The notes beneath the pieces were generated by a model. The model made no database searches, was not told where the DNA came from, and worked only from the letters and a program-made list of their open reading frames with translations. This document shows, one piece after another, positions 51,801 through 64,000 of a stretch of DNA of 64,000 nt (its first letter is position 1; each line of letters begins with the position of its first letter). The position numbers and the translations under genes are program-made. Source of the DNA: Eledone cirrhosa (Eukaryota); assembly GCA_964016885.1 (NCBI GenBank), contig OZ024751.1:2108001-2172000 (forward strand), read 5' to 3'.

Positions 51801-54800
51801 ACTGTCATGTTGAACCTTCTCTGTTAAACTGTCATATTTAACCTTCCCTGTTGAACTGTCATGTTGAACCTTCTCTGTTGAACTGTCATATTGAACCTTC
51901 TCTGTTGAACTGTCATGTTGGACATTCTCTGTTGAACTGTCATATTGAACCTTGTCTGTAGAACTGTCATATTGAACCTCCTCTGTTTAACTGTCATATT
52001 GAACCTTCCCTGTTTAACTGTCAGAATGAACCTTCTCTGTTGAACTGTCATGTTGGACCTTCTCTGTTGAACTGTCATATTGAAACTTCTCTGTAGAACT
52101 GTCATAGTGAACCTTCTCTGTTGAACTCTCATACTGAACCTTCCCTGTTGAACTGTCATGTTGAACATTCTCTGTTGAACTGTCATGCTGAACCTTCCCT
52201 GTTGAACTGTCATGCTTAACCTTCCCTGTTGAACTGTCATATTGAACTTTCTCTGTTGAACTGTCATGCTGAACCTTCCCTGTTGAACTGTCATATTGAA
52301 CCTTCTCTGCTTAACTGTCATGTTGAACCTTCTCTGTTTAACTGTCATATTGAACTTTCTCTGTTGAACTGTCATGCTGAACCTTCCTTGTTGAACTGTC
52401 ATGTTGAACCTTCTCTGTTGAACTGTCATATTCAACCTTCTCTGTTGAACTGTCATGTTGGACCTTCTCTGTTGAACTGTCATATTGAACCATCTCTGTT
52501 GAACTGTCATATTGAACCTTCTCTGTTTAACTGTCATATTGAACTTTCTCTGTTGAACTGTCATGCTTAACCTTCCTTGTTGAACTGTCTTGTTGAACCT
52601 TCTCTGTTGAACTGTCATGTTGAACCTTCCCTGTTGAACTGTCATGTTGGACCTTCCCTGTTTAACTGTCATATTGAACCTTTTCCGTTGAACTGTCATA
52701 TTGAACTTTCTCTGTTGAACTGTCATGCTGAACCTTCCCTGTTGAACTGTCATGCTGAACCTTCTCTGTTGAACTGTCATGCTGAACCTTCCCTGTTGAA
52801 CTGTCATGTTGGACCTTCTCTGTTGAACTGTCATATTGAACTTTCTCTGTTGAACTGTCATGTTGAACCTTCTCTGTTGAACTGTCATATTGAACCTTCT
52901 CTGTTGAACTGTCATATTGAACCTTCTCTGTAGAACAGTCATATTGAACATCCTTTGTTTACCTGTCATATTGAACTTTCCCTGTTGAACTAACATACTG
53001 AACCTTCTCTGTTGAACTGTCATATTGAACATTCTCTGCTGAACTGTCATGCTGAACCTTCCCTGTTGAACTGTCATATTGAACCTTCTCTGTTGAACTG
53101 TCATGTTGGAACTTCTCTGTTTAACTGTCATATTGAACCTTCTCTGTTTAACTGTCATGTTGAACTTTCTCTGTTGAATTGTCATGCTGTACCTTCCCTG
53201 TTGAACTGTCATGCTCAACCTTCCCTGTTTAACTGTCATATTGAACCTTCTCTGTTGAACTGTCATGTTGAACCTTCCCTGTTGAACTGTCATATTGAAA
53301 CTTCCCTGTTTAACTGTCATGTTGGACCTTTCCTGTTTTTCTGTCATATTGAACCTTCCCTGTTGAACTGTCATATTGAACTTTCTTTGTTGAACTGTCA
53401 TGCTGAACCTTCCCTGTTGAACTGTCATGCTGAACCTTCCCTGTTTAACTGTCATGCTGAACCTTCTCTGTTGAACTGTCATATTGAACTTTCTCTGTTG
53501 AACTGTCATGCTGAACCTTCCCTGTTGAACTGTCATGCTGCACCAGCCCTGTTGAACTGTCATGTTGAACCTTCTCTGTTAAACTGTCATATTTAACCTT
53601 CCCTGTTGAACTGTCATGTTGAACCTTCTCTGTTGAACTGTCATATTGAACCTTCTCTGTTGAACTGTCATGTTGGACATTCTCTGTTGAACTGTCATAT
53701 TGAACCTTGTCTGTAGAACTGTCATATTGAACCTCCTCTGTTTAACTGTCATATTGAACCTTCCCTGTTTAACTGTCAGAATGAACCTTCTCTGTTGAAC
53801 TGTCATGTTGGACCTTCTCTGTTGAACTGTCATATTGAAACTTCTCTGTAGAACTGTCATAGTGAACCTTCTCTGTTGAACTGTCATACTGAACCTTCCC
53901 TGTTGAACTGTCATGTTGAACATTCTCTGTTGAACTGTCATGCTGAACCTTCCCTGTTGAACTGTCATGCTTAACCTTCCCTGTTGAACTGTCATATTGA
54001 ACTTTCTCTGTTGAACTGTCATGCTGAACCTTCCCTATTGAACTGTCATGTTGGACCTTCTCTGTTGAACTGTCATATTGAACTTTCTCTGTTGAACTGT
54101 CATGTTGAACCTTCCCTGTTGAACTGTCATGTTGAACCTTCTCTGTTTAACTGTCATACTGAACTTTCCCTGTTGAAATGTCATGCTCAACCTTCCTTGT
54201 TGAACTGTCATGTTGAATCTTCTCCGTTGAACTGTCATATTGAACCTTCTCTGTTTAACTGTCGTATTGAACCTTCCCTGTTGAACTGTCATATTGAACT
54301 TTCTCTGTTGAACTGTCATGCTGAACCTTCCCTGTTGAACTTTCATACTGAACCTTCCCTGTTTAACTGTCATATTGAACTTTCTCGGTTGAACTGTCAT
54401 GCTGAATCTTCCCTGTTTAACTGTCATGCTGGACCTTCTCTGTTGAACTGTCATATTGAACTTTCTCTGTTTAACTGTCATACTGAACTTTCTCTGTTGA
54501 AATGTCATGCTCAACCTTCTTGTTGAACTGTCATGTTGAATCTTCTCCATTGAACTGTCATATTGAACCTTCTCTGTTTAACTGTCGTATTGAACCTTCC
54601 CTGTTGAACTGTCATATTGAAATTTCTCTGTTGAACTGTCATGCTGAACCTTCCCTGTTGAACTTTCATGCTGAACCTTCCCTGTTTAACTGTCATGCTG
54701 AACCTTCTATGTTGAACTGTCATGCAGAACCTTTCCTGTTGAACTGTCATGTTGGACCTTCTCTGTTTAACTGTCGTATTGAACTTTCTCTGTTGAACTC

Positions 54801-57800
54801 TCATGCTGAACCTTCCTTGTTTAACTGTCATATTGAACCTTCTCTGTTGAACTGTCATATTGAACCTTCTCTGTTGAACTGTCATATTGAACCTTCTCTG
54901 TAGAACAGTCATATTGAACATCCTTTGTTTACCTGTCATATTGAACTTTCCCTGTTGAACTAACATACTGAACCTTCTCTGTTGAACTGTCATATTGAAC
55001 ATTCTCTGCTGAACTGTCATGCTGAACCTTCCCTGTTGAACTGTCATATTGAACCTTCTCTGTTGAACTGTCATGTTGGAACTTCTCTGTTTAACTGTCA
55101 TATTGAACCTTCTCTGTTTAACTGTCATGTTGAACTTTCTCTGTTGAATTGTCATGCTGTACCTTCCCTGTTGAACTGTCATGCTCAACCTTCCCTGTTT
55201 AACTGTCATATTGAACCTTCTCTGTTGAACTGTCATGTTGAACCTTCCCTGTTGAACTGTCATATTGAAACTTCCCTGTTTAACTGTCATGTTGGACCTT
55301 TCCTGTTTTTCTGTCATATTGAACCTTCCCTGTTGAACTGTCATATTGAACTTTCTTTGTTGAACTGTCATGCTGAACCTTCCCTGTTGAACTGTCATGC
55401 TGAACCTTCCCTGTTTAACTGTCATGCTGAACCTTCTCTGTTGAACTGTCATATTGAACTTTCTCTGTTGAACTGTCATGCTGAACCTTCCCTGTTGAAC
55501 TGTCATGCTGCACCAGCCCTGTTGAACTGTCATGTTGAACCTTCTCTGTTAAACTGTCATATTTAACCTTCCCTGTTGAACTGTCATGTTGAACCTTCTC
55601 TGTTGAACTGTCATATTGAACCTTCTCTGTTGAACTGTCATGTTGGACATTCTCTGTTGAACTGTCATATTGAACCTTGTCTGTAGAACTGTCATATTGA
55701 ACCTCCTCTGTTTAACTGTCATATTGAACCTTCCCTGTTTAACTGTCAGAATGAACCTTCTCTGTTGAACTGTCATGTTGGACCTTCTCTGTTGAACTGT
55801 CATATTGAAACTTCTCTGTAGAACTGTCATAGTGAACCTTCTCTGTTGAACTGTCATACTGAACCTTCCCTGTTGAACTGTCATGTTGAACATTCTCTGT
55901 TGAACTGTCATGCTGAACCTTCCCTGTTGAACTGTCATGCTTAACCTTCCCTGTTGAACTGTCATATTGAACTTTCTCTGTTGAACTGTCATGCTGAACC
56001 TTCCCTGTTGAACTGTCATATTGAACCTTCTCTGCTTAACTGTCATGTTGAACCTTCTCTGTTTAACTGTCATATTGAACTTTCTCTGTTGAACTGTCAT
56101 GCTGAACCTTCCTTGTTGAACTGTCATGTTGAACCTTCTCTGTTGAACTGTCATATTCAACCTTCTCTGTTGAACTGTCATGTTGGACCTTCTCTGTTGA
56201 ACTGTCATATTGAACCATCTCTGTTGAACTGTCATATTGAACCTTCTCTGTTTAACTGTCATATTGAACTTTCTCTGTTGAACTGTCATGCTTAACCTTC
56301 CTTGTTGAACTGTCTTGTTGAACCTTCTCTGTTGAACTGTCATGTTGAACCTTCCCTGTTGAACTGTCATGTTGGACCTTCCCTGTTTAACTGTCATATT
56401 GAACCTTTTCCGTTGAACTGTCATATTGAACTTTCTCTGTTGAACTGTCATGCTGAACCTTCCCTGTTGAACTGTCATGCTGAACCTTCTCTGTTGAACT
56501 GTCATGCTGAACCTTCCCTGTTGAACTGTCATGTTGGACCTTCTCTGTTGAACTGTCATATTGAACTTTCTCTGTTGAACTGTCATGTTGAACCTTCCCT
56601 GTTGAACTGTCATGTTGAACCTTCTCTGTTTAACTGTCATACTGAACTTTCCCTGTTGAAATGTCATGCTCAACCTTCCTTGTTGAACTGTCATGTTGAA
56701 TCTTCTCCGTTGAACTGTCATAGTGAACCTTCTCTGTTGAACTGTCATACTGAACCTTCCCTGTTGAACTGTCATGTTGAACATTCTCTGTTGAACTGTC
56801 ATGCTGAACCTTCCCTGTTGAACTGTCATGCTTAACCTTCCCTGTTGAACTGTCATATTGAACTTTCTCTGTTGAACTGTCATGCTGAACCTTCCCTGTT
56901 GAACTGTCATATTGAACCTTCTCTGCTTAACTGTCATGTTGAACCTTCTCTGTTTAACTGTCATATTGAACTTTCTCTGTTGAACTGTCATGCTGAACCT
57001 TCCTTGTTGAACTGTCATGTTGAACCTTCTCTGTTGAACTGTCATATTCAACCTTCTCTGTTGAACTGTCATGTTGGACCTTCTCTGTTGAACTGTCATA
57101 TTGAACCATCTCTGTTGAACTGTCATATTGAACCTTCTCTGTTTAACTGTCATATTGAACTTTCTCTGTTGAACTGTCATGCTTAACCTTCCTTGTTGAA
57201 CTGTCTTGTTGAACCTTCTCTGTTGAACTGTCATGTTGAACCTTCCCTGTTGAACTGTCATGTTGGACCTTCCCTGTTTAACTGTCATATTGAACCTTTT
57301 CCGTTGAACTGTCATATTGAACTTTCTCTGTTGAACTGTCATGCTGAACCTTCCCTGTTGAACTGTCATGCTGAACCTTCTCTGTTGAACTGTCATGCTG
57401 AACCTTCCCTGTTGAACTGTCATGTTGGACCTTCTCTGTTGAACTGTCATATTGAACTTTCTCTGTTGAACTGTCATGTTGAACCTTCCCTGTTGAACTG
57501 TCATGTTGAACCTTCTCTGTTTAACTGTCATACTGAACTTTCCCTGTTGAAATGTCATGCTCAACCTTCCTTGTTGAACTGTCATGTTGAATCTTCTCCG
57601 TTGAACTGTCATATTGAACCTTCTCTGTTTAACTGTCGTATTGAACCTTCCCTGTTGAACTGTCATATTGAACTTTCTCTGTTGAACTGTCATGCTGAAC
57701 CTTCCCTGTTGAACTTTCATACTGAACCTTCCCTGTTTAACTGACATATTGAACTTTCTCGGTTGAACTGTCATGCTGAATCTTCCCTGTTTAACTGTCA

Positions 57801-60800
57801 TGCTGGACCTTCTCTGTTGAACTGTCATATTGAACTTTCTCTGTTGAACTGTCATGCTGAACCTTCTCTGTTGAACTGTCATGTTGAACCTTCTCTGTTG
57901 AACTGTCATGTTGAACCTTCTCTGTTGAACTGTCATATTGAGCCTTCTCTGTTGAACTGTCATGTTGAACCTTCTCTATTGAACTGTCATATTGAACCTT
58001 CCCTGTTGAATTGTCATGTTGAACCTTCTCTGTTTAACTGTCATGTTGAACCTTCCCTGTTCAACTGTCATGTTGAACCTTCTCTGTTTAACTGTCATAT
58101 TGAAGTTTCTCTGTTGAACTGTCATGCTGAACCTTATTTGTTGAACTGTCATGTTGAACCTTCTCTGTTGAACTGTCATGTTGGACCTTTTCTGTTGAAC
58201 TGTCATATTGTACTTTCTCTGTTGAACTGTCATTCTGACCCTTCTCTGTTGAACTGTCATGTTGAACCTTCTCTGTTGAACTGTCATGTTGAACCTTCTC
58301 TGTTGAACTGTCATATTGAACCTTCTCTGTTGAACTGTCATGTTGAACCTTCTCTGTTGAACTGTCATATTGAACCTTCTCTGTTGAACTGTCATGTTGA
58401 ACCTTCTCTGTTGAACTGTCATATTGAACCTTCCCTGTTGAAATGTCATATTGAATTTTCTCTGTTGAACTGTCATGCTGAACCTTCCTTGTTGAACTGT
58501 CATGCTTAACCTTCCCTGTTGAACTGTCATATTGAACTTTCTCTGTTGAACTGTCATGCTGAACCTTCCCTGTTGAACTGTCATATTGAACCTTCTCTGC
58601 TTAACTGTCATATTGAACCTTCTCTGTTTAACTGTCATATTGAACTTTCTCTGTTGAACTGTCATGCTGAATCTTCCCTGTTTAACTGTCATGCTGGACC
58701 TTCTCTGTTGAACTGTCATATTGAACTTTCTCTGTTGAACTGTCATGCTGAACCTTCTCTGTTGAACTGTCATGTTGAACCTTCTCTGTTGAACTGTCAT
58801 GTTGAACCTTCTCTGTTGAACTGTCATATTGAGCCTTCTCTGTTGAACTGTCATGTTGAACCTTCTCTATTGAACTGTCATATTGAACCTTCCCTGTTGA
58901 ATTGTCATGTTGAACCTTCTCTGTTTAACTGTCATGTTGAACCTACCCTGTTCAACTGTCATGTTGAACCTTCTCTGTTTAACTGTCATATTGAACTTTC
59001 TCTGTTGAACTGTCATGCTGAACCTTCCTTGTTGAACTGTCATGTTGAACCTTCTCTGTTGAACTGTCATGTTGGACCTTCTCTGTTGAACTGTCATATT
59101 GTACTTTCTCTGTTGAACTGTCATGCTGAACCTTCTCTGTTGAACTGTCATGTTGAACCTTCTCTGTTGAACTGTCATGTTGAACCTTCTCTGTTGAACT
59201 GTCATATTGAACCTTCTCTGTTGAACTGTCATGTTGAACCTTCTCTGTTGAACTGTCATATTGAACCTTCCCTGTTGAATTGTCATGTTGAAGCTTCTCT
59301 GTTGAACTGTCATACTGAAGCTTCTCTGTTGAAATGTCATATTGAATTTTCTCTGTTGAAATGTCATGCTGAACCTTCCCTGTTGAACTGTCATATTGAA
59401 CTTTCTCTGTTGAACTGTCATGCTGAACCTTCCCTGTTGAACTGTCATATTGAACCTTCTCTGCTTAACTGTCATATTGAACCTTCTCTGTTTAACTGTC
59501 ATATTGAACTTTCTCTGTTGAACTGTCATGCTGAATCTTCCCTGTTTAACTGTCATGCTGGACCTTCTCTGTTGAACTGTCATATTGAACTTTCTCTGTT
59601 GAACTGTCATGCTGAACCTTCTCTGTTGAACTGTCATGTTGAACCTTCTCTGTTGAACTGTCATGTTGAACCTTCTCTGTTGAACTGTCATGTTGAACCT
59701 TCCCTGTTCAACTGTCATGTTGAACCTTCTCTGTTTAACTGTCATATTGAACTTTCTCTGTTGAACTGTCATGCTGAACCTTCCTTGTTGAACCGTCATG
59801 TTGAACCTTCTCTGTTGAACTGTCATGTTGGACCTTCTCTGTTGAACTGTCATATTGTACTTTCTCTGTTGAACTGTCATGCTGAACCTTCTCTGTTGAA
59901 CTGTCATGTTGAACCTTCTCTGTTGAACTGTCATGTTGAACCTTCTCTGTTGAACTGTCATATTGAACCTTCTCTGTTGAACTGTCATGTTGAACCTTCT
60001 CTGTTGAACTGTCATATTGAACCTTCCCTGTTGAATTGTCATGTTGAAGGTTCTCTGTTGAACTGTCATATTGAACCTTCCCTGTTCAACTGTCATGTTG
60101 AACCTTCTCTGTTTAACTGTCATATTGAACTTTCTCTGTCGAACTGTCATGCTGAACCTTCCTTGTTGAACTGTCATGTTGAACCTTCTCTGTTGAACTG
60201 TCATATTCAACCTTCTCTGTTGAACTGTCATGTTGGACCTTCTCTGTTGAACTGTCATATTGAACCATCTCTGTTGAACTGTCATATTGAACCTTCTCTG
60301 TTTAACTGTCATATTGAACTTTCTCTGTTGAACTGTCATGCTGAACCTTCCTTGTTGAACTGTCTTGTTGAACCTTCTCTGTTGAACTGTCATGTTGAAC
60401 CTTCCCTGTTGAACTGTCATGGACCTTCCCTGTTTAACTGTCATATTGAACCTTTTCCGTTGAACTGTCATATTGAACTTTCTCTGTTGAACTGTCATGC
60501 TAGACCTTTCCTGTTGAACTGTCATGCTGAACCTTCTCTGTTGAACTGTCAGAATGAACCTTCCCTGTTGAACTGTCATGTTGGACCTTCTCTGTTGAAC
60601 TGTCATATTGAACTTTCTCTGTTGAACTGTCATGTTGAACCTTCCCTGTTGAACTGTCATGTTGAACCTTCTCTGTTTAACTGTCATACTGAACTTTCTC
60701 TGTTGAAATGTCATGCTGAACCTTCCATGTTGAACTTTCATGCTGAATCTTCCCTGTTTAACTGTCATGCTGAACCTTCTATGTTGAACTGTCATGCAGA

Positions 60801-63800
60801 ACCTTTCCTGTTGAACTGTCATGTTGGACCTTCTCTGTTTAACTGTCATATTGAACTTTCTCTGTTGAACTCTCATGCTGAACCTTCCTTGTTGAACTGT
60901 CATATTGAACCTTCTCTGTTGAACTGTCATATTGAACCTTCTCTGTTTAACTGTCATATTGAACCTTCTCTGTTTAACTGTCATGTTGAACTTTCTCTGT
61001 TGAAGTGTCATGCTGTACCTTCCATGTTGAACTGTCATGCTCAACCTTCCCTGTTTAACTGTCATATTGAACCTTCTCTGTTGAACTGTCATATTGAACC
61101 TTCCCTGTTGAACTGTCATGTTGAACCTTCCCTGTTGAACTGTCATATTGAAACTTCCCTGTTGAACTGTCATGTTTGACCTTTCCTGTTTTTCTGTCAT
61201 ATTGAACCTTCCCTGTTGAACTGTCATATAGAACTTTCTCTGTTGAACTGTCATGCTGAACCTTCCCTGTTGAACTGTCATGCTGAACCTTCCCTGTTTA
61301 ACTGTCATGCTGAACCTTCTCTGTTGAACTGTCATATTGAACTTTCTCTGTTGAACTGTCATCCTGAACCTTCCCTGTTGAACTGTCATGCTGAACCTGC
61401 CCTGTTGAACTGTCATGTTGAACCTTCTCTGTTAAACTGTCATATTTAACCTTCCCTGTTGAACTGTCATGTTGAACCTTCTCTGTTTAACCATCATATT
61501 GAACTTTCTCTGTTGAACTGTCATGCTGAACCTTCCTTGTTGAACTGTCATGTTGAACCTTCTCTGTTGAACTCTCATATTGAACCTTCTCTGTTGAACT
61601 GTCATGTTGGACATTCTCTGTTGAACTGTCATATTGAACCTTGTCTGTAGAACTGTCATATTGAACCTCCTCTGTTTAACTGTCATATTGAACTTTCTCT
61701 GGTGAACTGTCATGCTGAACATTCCCTGTTGAACTGTCATGTTGAACTTTCTTTGTTGAACTGTCATACTGAACCTTCTCTGTTGAACTGTCATATTGAA
61801 CGTTCCCTGTTGAACTGTCATGTTGAACCTTCTCTGTTTAACTGTCATATTGAACTTTCTCTGTTGAACTGTCATGCTGAGCCTTCCTTGTTGAGCTGTC
61901 ATGTTGAACCTTCTCTGTTGAACTGTCATGTTCAACTGTCATGTTGAACCTTCTCTGTTGTTCTGTCAGAATGAACCTTCTCTGTGAACTGTCATGTTGG
62001 ACCTTCTCTGTTGAACTGTCATATTGAACCTTCTCTGTAGAACTGTCATATTGAACCTTCTCTGTTTAAATATCATATTGAACCTTCCCTGTTGAACTGT
62101 CATGTTGGACCTTCCCTGTTTAACTGTCATATTGAACCTTCCCTGTTTAACTGTCATATTGAACCTTCCCTGTTGAACTGTCATGCTGAACCTTCAATGG
62201 TTGAACTGTCATATTGAACTTTCTCTGTTGAACTGTCATGCTGAACCTTCCCTGTTAAACTGTCATGCTGAACCTTCCTTGTTGAGCCGTCATGTTGAAC
62301 CTTCTCTGTTGAACTGTCATGTTGAACTGTCATATTGAACCTTATCTGTTGAACTGTCATATTGAACCTTCTCTGTAGAACTGTCACAGTGAATCTTCTC
62401 TGTTTAACTGTCATATTGTACTTTCTCTGTTGAACTGTCATGCTGAACCTTCCCTGTTGAACTGTCATGTTGAACTTTCTCTGTTGAACTGTCATACTGA
62501 AGCTTCTCTGTTGAACAGTCATATTGAACCTTCCATGTTGAACTGTCATGTTGGACCTTCCTTGTTTAACTGTCATATTGAACCTTCCCTGTTGAACTGT
62601 CATATTGAACTTTCTCTGTTGAACTGTCATGCTGAACCTTCCCTTTTTAACTGTAATGCTGAACCTTCTCTGTTGAACAGTCAGATTGAAATTTCTCTGT
62701 TGAACTGTCATGCTGAACCTTCCCTGTAGAACTGTCATGCTTAACCTTCCCTGTTTAACTGTCATGTTGAACTTTCTCTGTTGAACTGTCATGCTGAACC
62801 TTCCCTGTTTAACTGTAATGTTGAACCTTCTCTGTTGAACTGTCATATTGAACTTTCTCTGTTGAATTGTCATGCTGAACCTTCCCTGTTGAACTGTCAT
62901 GCTTAACCTTCCCTGTTTAACTGTCATATTGAACTTTCTCTGTTGAACTGTCATATTGAGCCTTCTCTGTTGAACTGTCATGTTGAACCTTCTCTATTGA
63001 ACTGTCATATTGAACCTTCCCTGTTGAATTGTCATGTTGAAACTTCTCTGTTGAACTGTCATGCTGAACCTTCACTCTTTAACTGTCTTATTGAACTTTC
63101 TCTGTTGAACTGTCATGCTGAATCTTCCCTGTTTAACTGTCATGTTGGACCTTCTCTGTTGAACTGTCATATTGAACCTTCTCTGTTGAACTGTCATGTT
63201 GAACCTTCTCTGTTGAACTGTCATATTGAGCCTTCTCTGTTGAACTGTCATGTTGAACCTTCTCTGTTGAACTGTCATATTGAACCTCCCCTTTTTGAAT
63301 TGTCATGTTGAACCTTCTCTGTTGAAGTGTCATATTGAACCTTCCCTGTTCAACTGTCATGTTGAACCTTCTCTGTTTAACTGTCATATTGAACTTTCTC
63401 TGTTGAACTGCCATGCTGAACCTTCCTTGTTGAACTGTCATGTTGAACCTTCTCTGTTGAACTGTCATGTTGGACCTTCTCTGTTGAACTGTCATATTGA
63501 ACTTTCTCTGTTGAACTGTCATGCTGAACCTTCTCTGTTGAACTGTCATATTGAACCTTCTCTGTTGAACTGTCATGTTGAACCTTCTCTGTTGAACTGT
63601 CATATTGAACCTTCCCTGTTGAATTGTCATGTTGAAGCTTCTCTGTTGAACTGTCATATTGAACCTTCCCTGTTCAACTGTCATGTTGAACCTTCTCTGT
63701 TTAACTGTCATATTGAACTTTCTCTGTCGAACTGTCATGCTGAACCTTCCTTGTTGAACTGTCATGTTGAACCTTCTCTGTTGAACTGTCATATTCAACC

Positions 63801-64000
63801 TTCTCTGTTGAACTTTCATGTTGGACCTTCTCTGTTGAACTGTCATATTGAACCATCTCTGTTGAACTGTCATATTGAACCTTCTCTGTTTAACTGTCAT
63901 ATTGAACTTTCTCTGTTGAACTGTCATGCTGAACCTTCCTTGTTGAACTGTCTTGTTGAACCTTCTCTGTTGAACTGTCATGTTGAACCTTCCCTGTTGA
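30846..64000. repeat. 27-bp satellite array (consensus ctgttgaactgtcatgttgaaccttct), >33 kb, about 1,230 monomers, with higher-order repeats
   Basis: Uninterrupted head-to-tail monomers to the window end; the 9-residue periodic ORFs LLNCHVEPS and MTVQQRRFN reflect the period. Confidence 0.99.

Noticed and set aside
30846-64000. CRISPR array or giant repeat-protein gene
   Set aside because: There are no unique spacers and no cas genes, and the context is eukaryotic. The ORFs lack unique termini and contain stops copied with the higher-order repeats.

Overview
This is AT-rich, repeat-dominated eukaryotic (metazoan) DNA. The SINE types and dense (TA)n/(CA)n microsatellites suggest a cephalopod such as Octopus, which is an inference. 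I can support no intact host gene. The first ~30.8 kb is a nest of retroelements, mostly sitting in (TA)n tracts. It holds several Penelope-like elements (PLEs; RT plus GIY-YIG), three decayed RTE-type LINEs (one with a clear twin-priming 5' inversion), SINE fragments, a hAT MITE, fold-back elements and non-coding tandem or partial-tandem units. The most notable signal is at the RNA level: I count 14 hammerhead-ribozyme (HHR) motifs from about 11 distinct sequence contexts within ~27 kb. They include a 467-bp HHR-bearing tandem/inverted array (retrozyme-like), three HHRs with large insertions in stem II, a bias to U at the cleavage position, palindromic stem III segments, and a poly(A) signal often directly downstream. 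From ~30,846 to the window end is one 27-bp satellite with nested higher-order repeats. Its long ORFs are most likely repeat artefacts. All RNA structures were derived by eye and have not been computed or tested.
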